A DNA stretch of 42,868 nt, from positions 1 to 42,868 of IMG/VR virus record IMGVR_UViG_3300010331_000021; one strand, written 5' to 3'. Source of the DNA: a virus. Below the pieces are notes generated by a model, which saw nothing but the letters and a program-made list of their open reading frames with translations, did not search any database and was not told where the DNA came from. This document shows positions 42,472-42,868 of the stretch, one piece after another. Made by a program: the position numbers and the translations under genes. Each line of letters starts with the position of its first letter. Position 1 is the stretch's first letter.

Positions 42472-42868
42472 TTAAATTTCAGGTGTTTCAGTTTCGATGA
42501 CAACCACGCCTCGGAAACGGATCCGGATATATTGGATCAGTACCAGGTACGCCTCACCATCCTGACTATCCCCGTGTGTTTTTAGCACGGCGGCTTCAAA
42601 CTTATCGATCGAGCCTTGGAAACAACCGCGTGTAATCTCAATAGTTTCCTCTTTGGTCATGTACGCGGTAAGCGTGCCACTCTCTGAACCCACTGAGGAA
42701 AACCATGCTACGTGTTTTTTCGAGGACACCCGAGCATCGCCGGACACCCAAGCATCGCCGGACACCCGAGCATCGCCGGACACCCGAGCATCGCCGTACA
42801 CCCGAGCATCGCCGGACACCCGAGCATCGCCGGACACCCGAGCATCGCCGGACACCCGAGCATCGCCG
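42472..42868 (-). CDS. Hexapeptide-repeat protein, 3' part. It is open at the right edge and continues the frame begun at 375..1.
   Basis: The frame stays open to position 42868. It has repeats (S/Y)GDA(R/W)V and then a unique C-domain: SSKKHVAWFSSVGSESGTLTAYMTKEETIEITRGCFQGSIDKFEAAVLKTHGD... Confidence 0.8.
   Translation of the reverse strand, partial: GDARVSGDARVSGDARVSGDARVYGDARVSGDARVSGDAWVSGDARVSSKKHVAWFSSVGSESGTLTAYMTKEETIEITRGCFQGSIDKFEAAVLKTHGDSQDGEAYLVLIQYIRIRFRGVVVIETETPEI
42727..42868. repeat. The same 18-nt tandem repeat as at 1..234, with 7 full units plus 16 nt
   Basis: Counted directly. 42799-42868 is identical to 1-70. Confidence 0.95.

Noticed and set aside
1-42868. Interpreting the window as an integrated prophage with host flanks.
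   Set aside because: No host-like genes occur at either end. An intact attP-like region lies next to int, the two ends overlap, and one gene is split across them.

Overview
The window reads as one complete temperate siphovirus-type phage genome of about 42.8 kb. The host looks Firmicutes/Bacillales-like (GGAGG-type RBSs, XhlA/amidase/LL-H-like lysis cassette, AbrB-like and sigma-like regulators), but that assignment is inference. No host flanks are visible. The first 70 nt equal the last 70 nt, and one gene is split across the two window ends, so the sequence is best explained as a circularly closed or terminally redundant assembly. That gene encodes a hexapeptide-repeat protein built from a near-perfect 18-nt tandem repeat. 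Nearly all genes are on the minus strand. The modules are: immunity switch, integrase and attP at 2.6-5.3 kb; a moron at 5.3-6.0 kb; lysis at 6.0-7.6 kb; tail at 10.3-20.4 kb; head and packaging at 20.4-29.5 kb; a late regulator at 29.6-30.2 kb; and a replication module at 30.6-41.9 kb. The replication module holds MazG-like, SNF2, VRR-NUC, VirE-type primase-helicase, YopX, family A DNA polymerase, DUF1351-like, DUF2815-like and DUF2800-like genes. Early genes wrap through the window ends. Five points stand out. (1) A 1.7-kb island sits between terS and terL: a 558-nt non-coding stretch, a winged-helix-like ORF, a 121-aa minimal protein-kinase-like ORF and an acidic 57-aa ORF. (2) A plus-strand cassette lies between the tail and lysis modules, with a divergent RHH regulator, three unknown ORFs and a second XerC/D-like tyrosine recombinase. 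(3) The SNF2 helicase has its Walker A (GLGKT) codons interrupted by 4 extra nt that create a TAG plus a frameshift. (4) An iteron-like CTGCAAC array lies downstream of the primase gene. (5) The hypervariable-looking 18-nt coding repeat spans the junction. All family names come from motif recognition by eye; no database search was possible.
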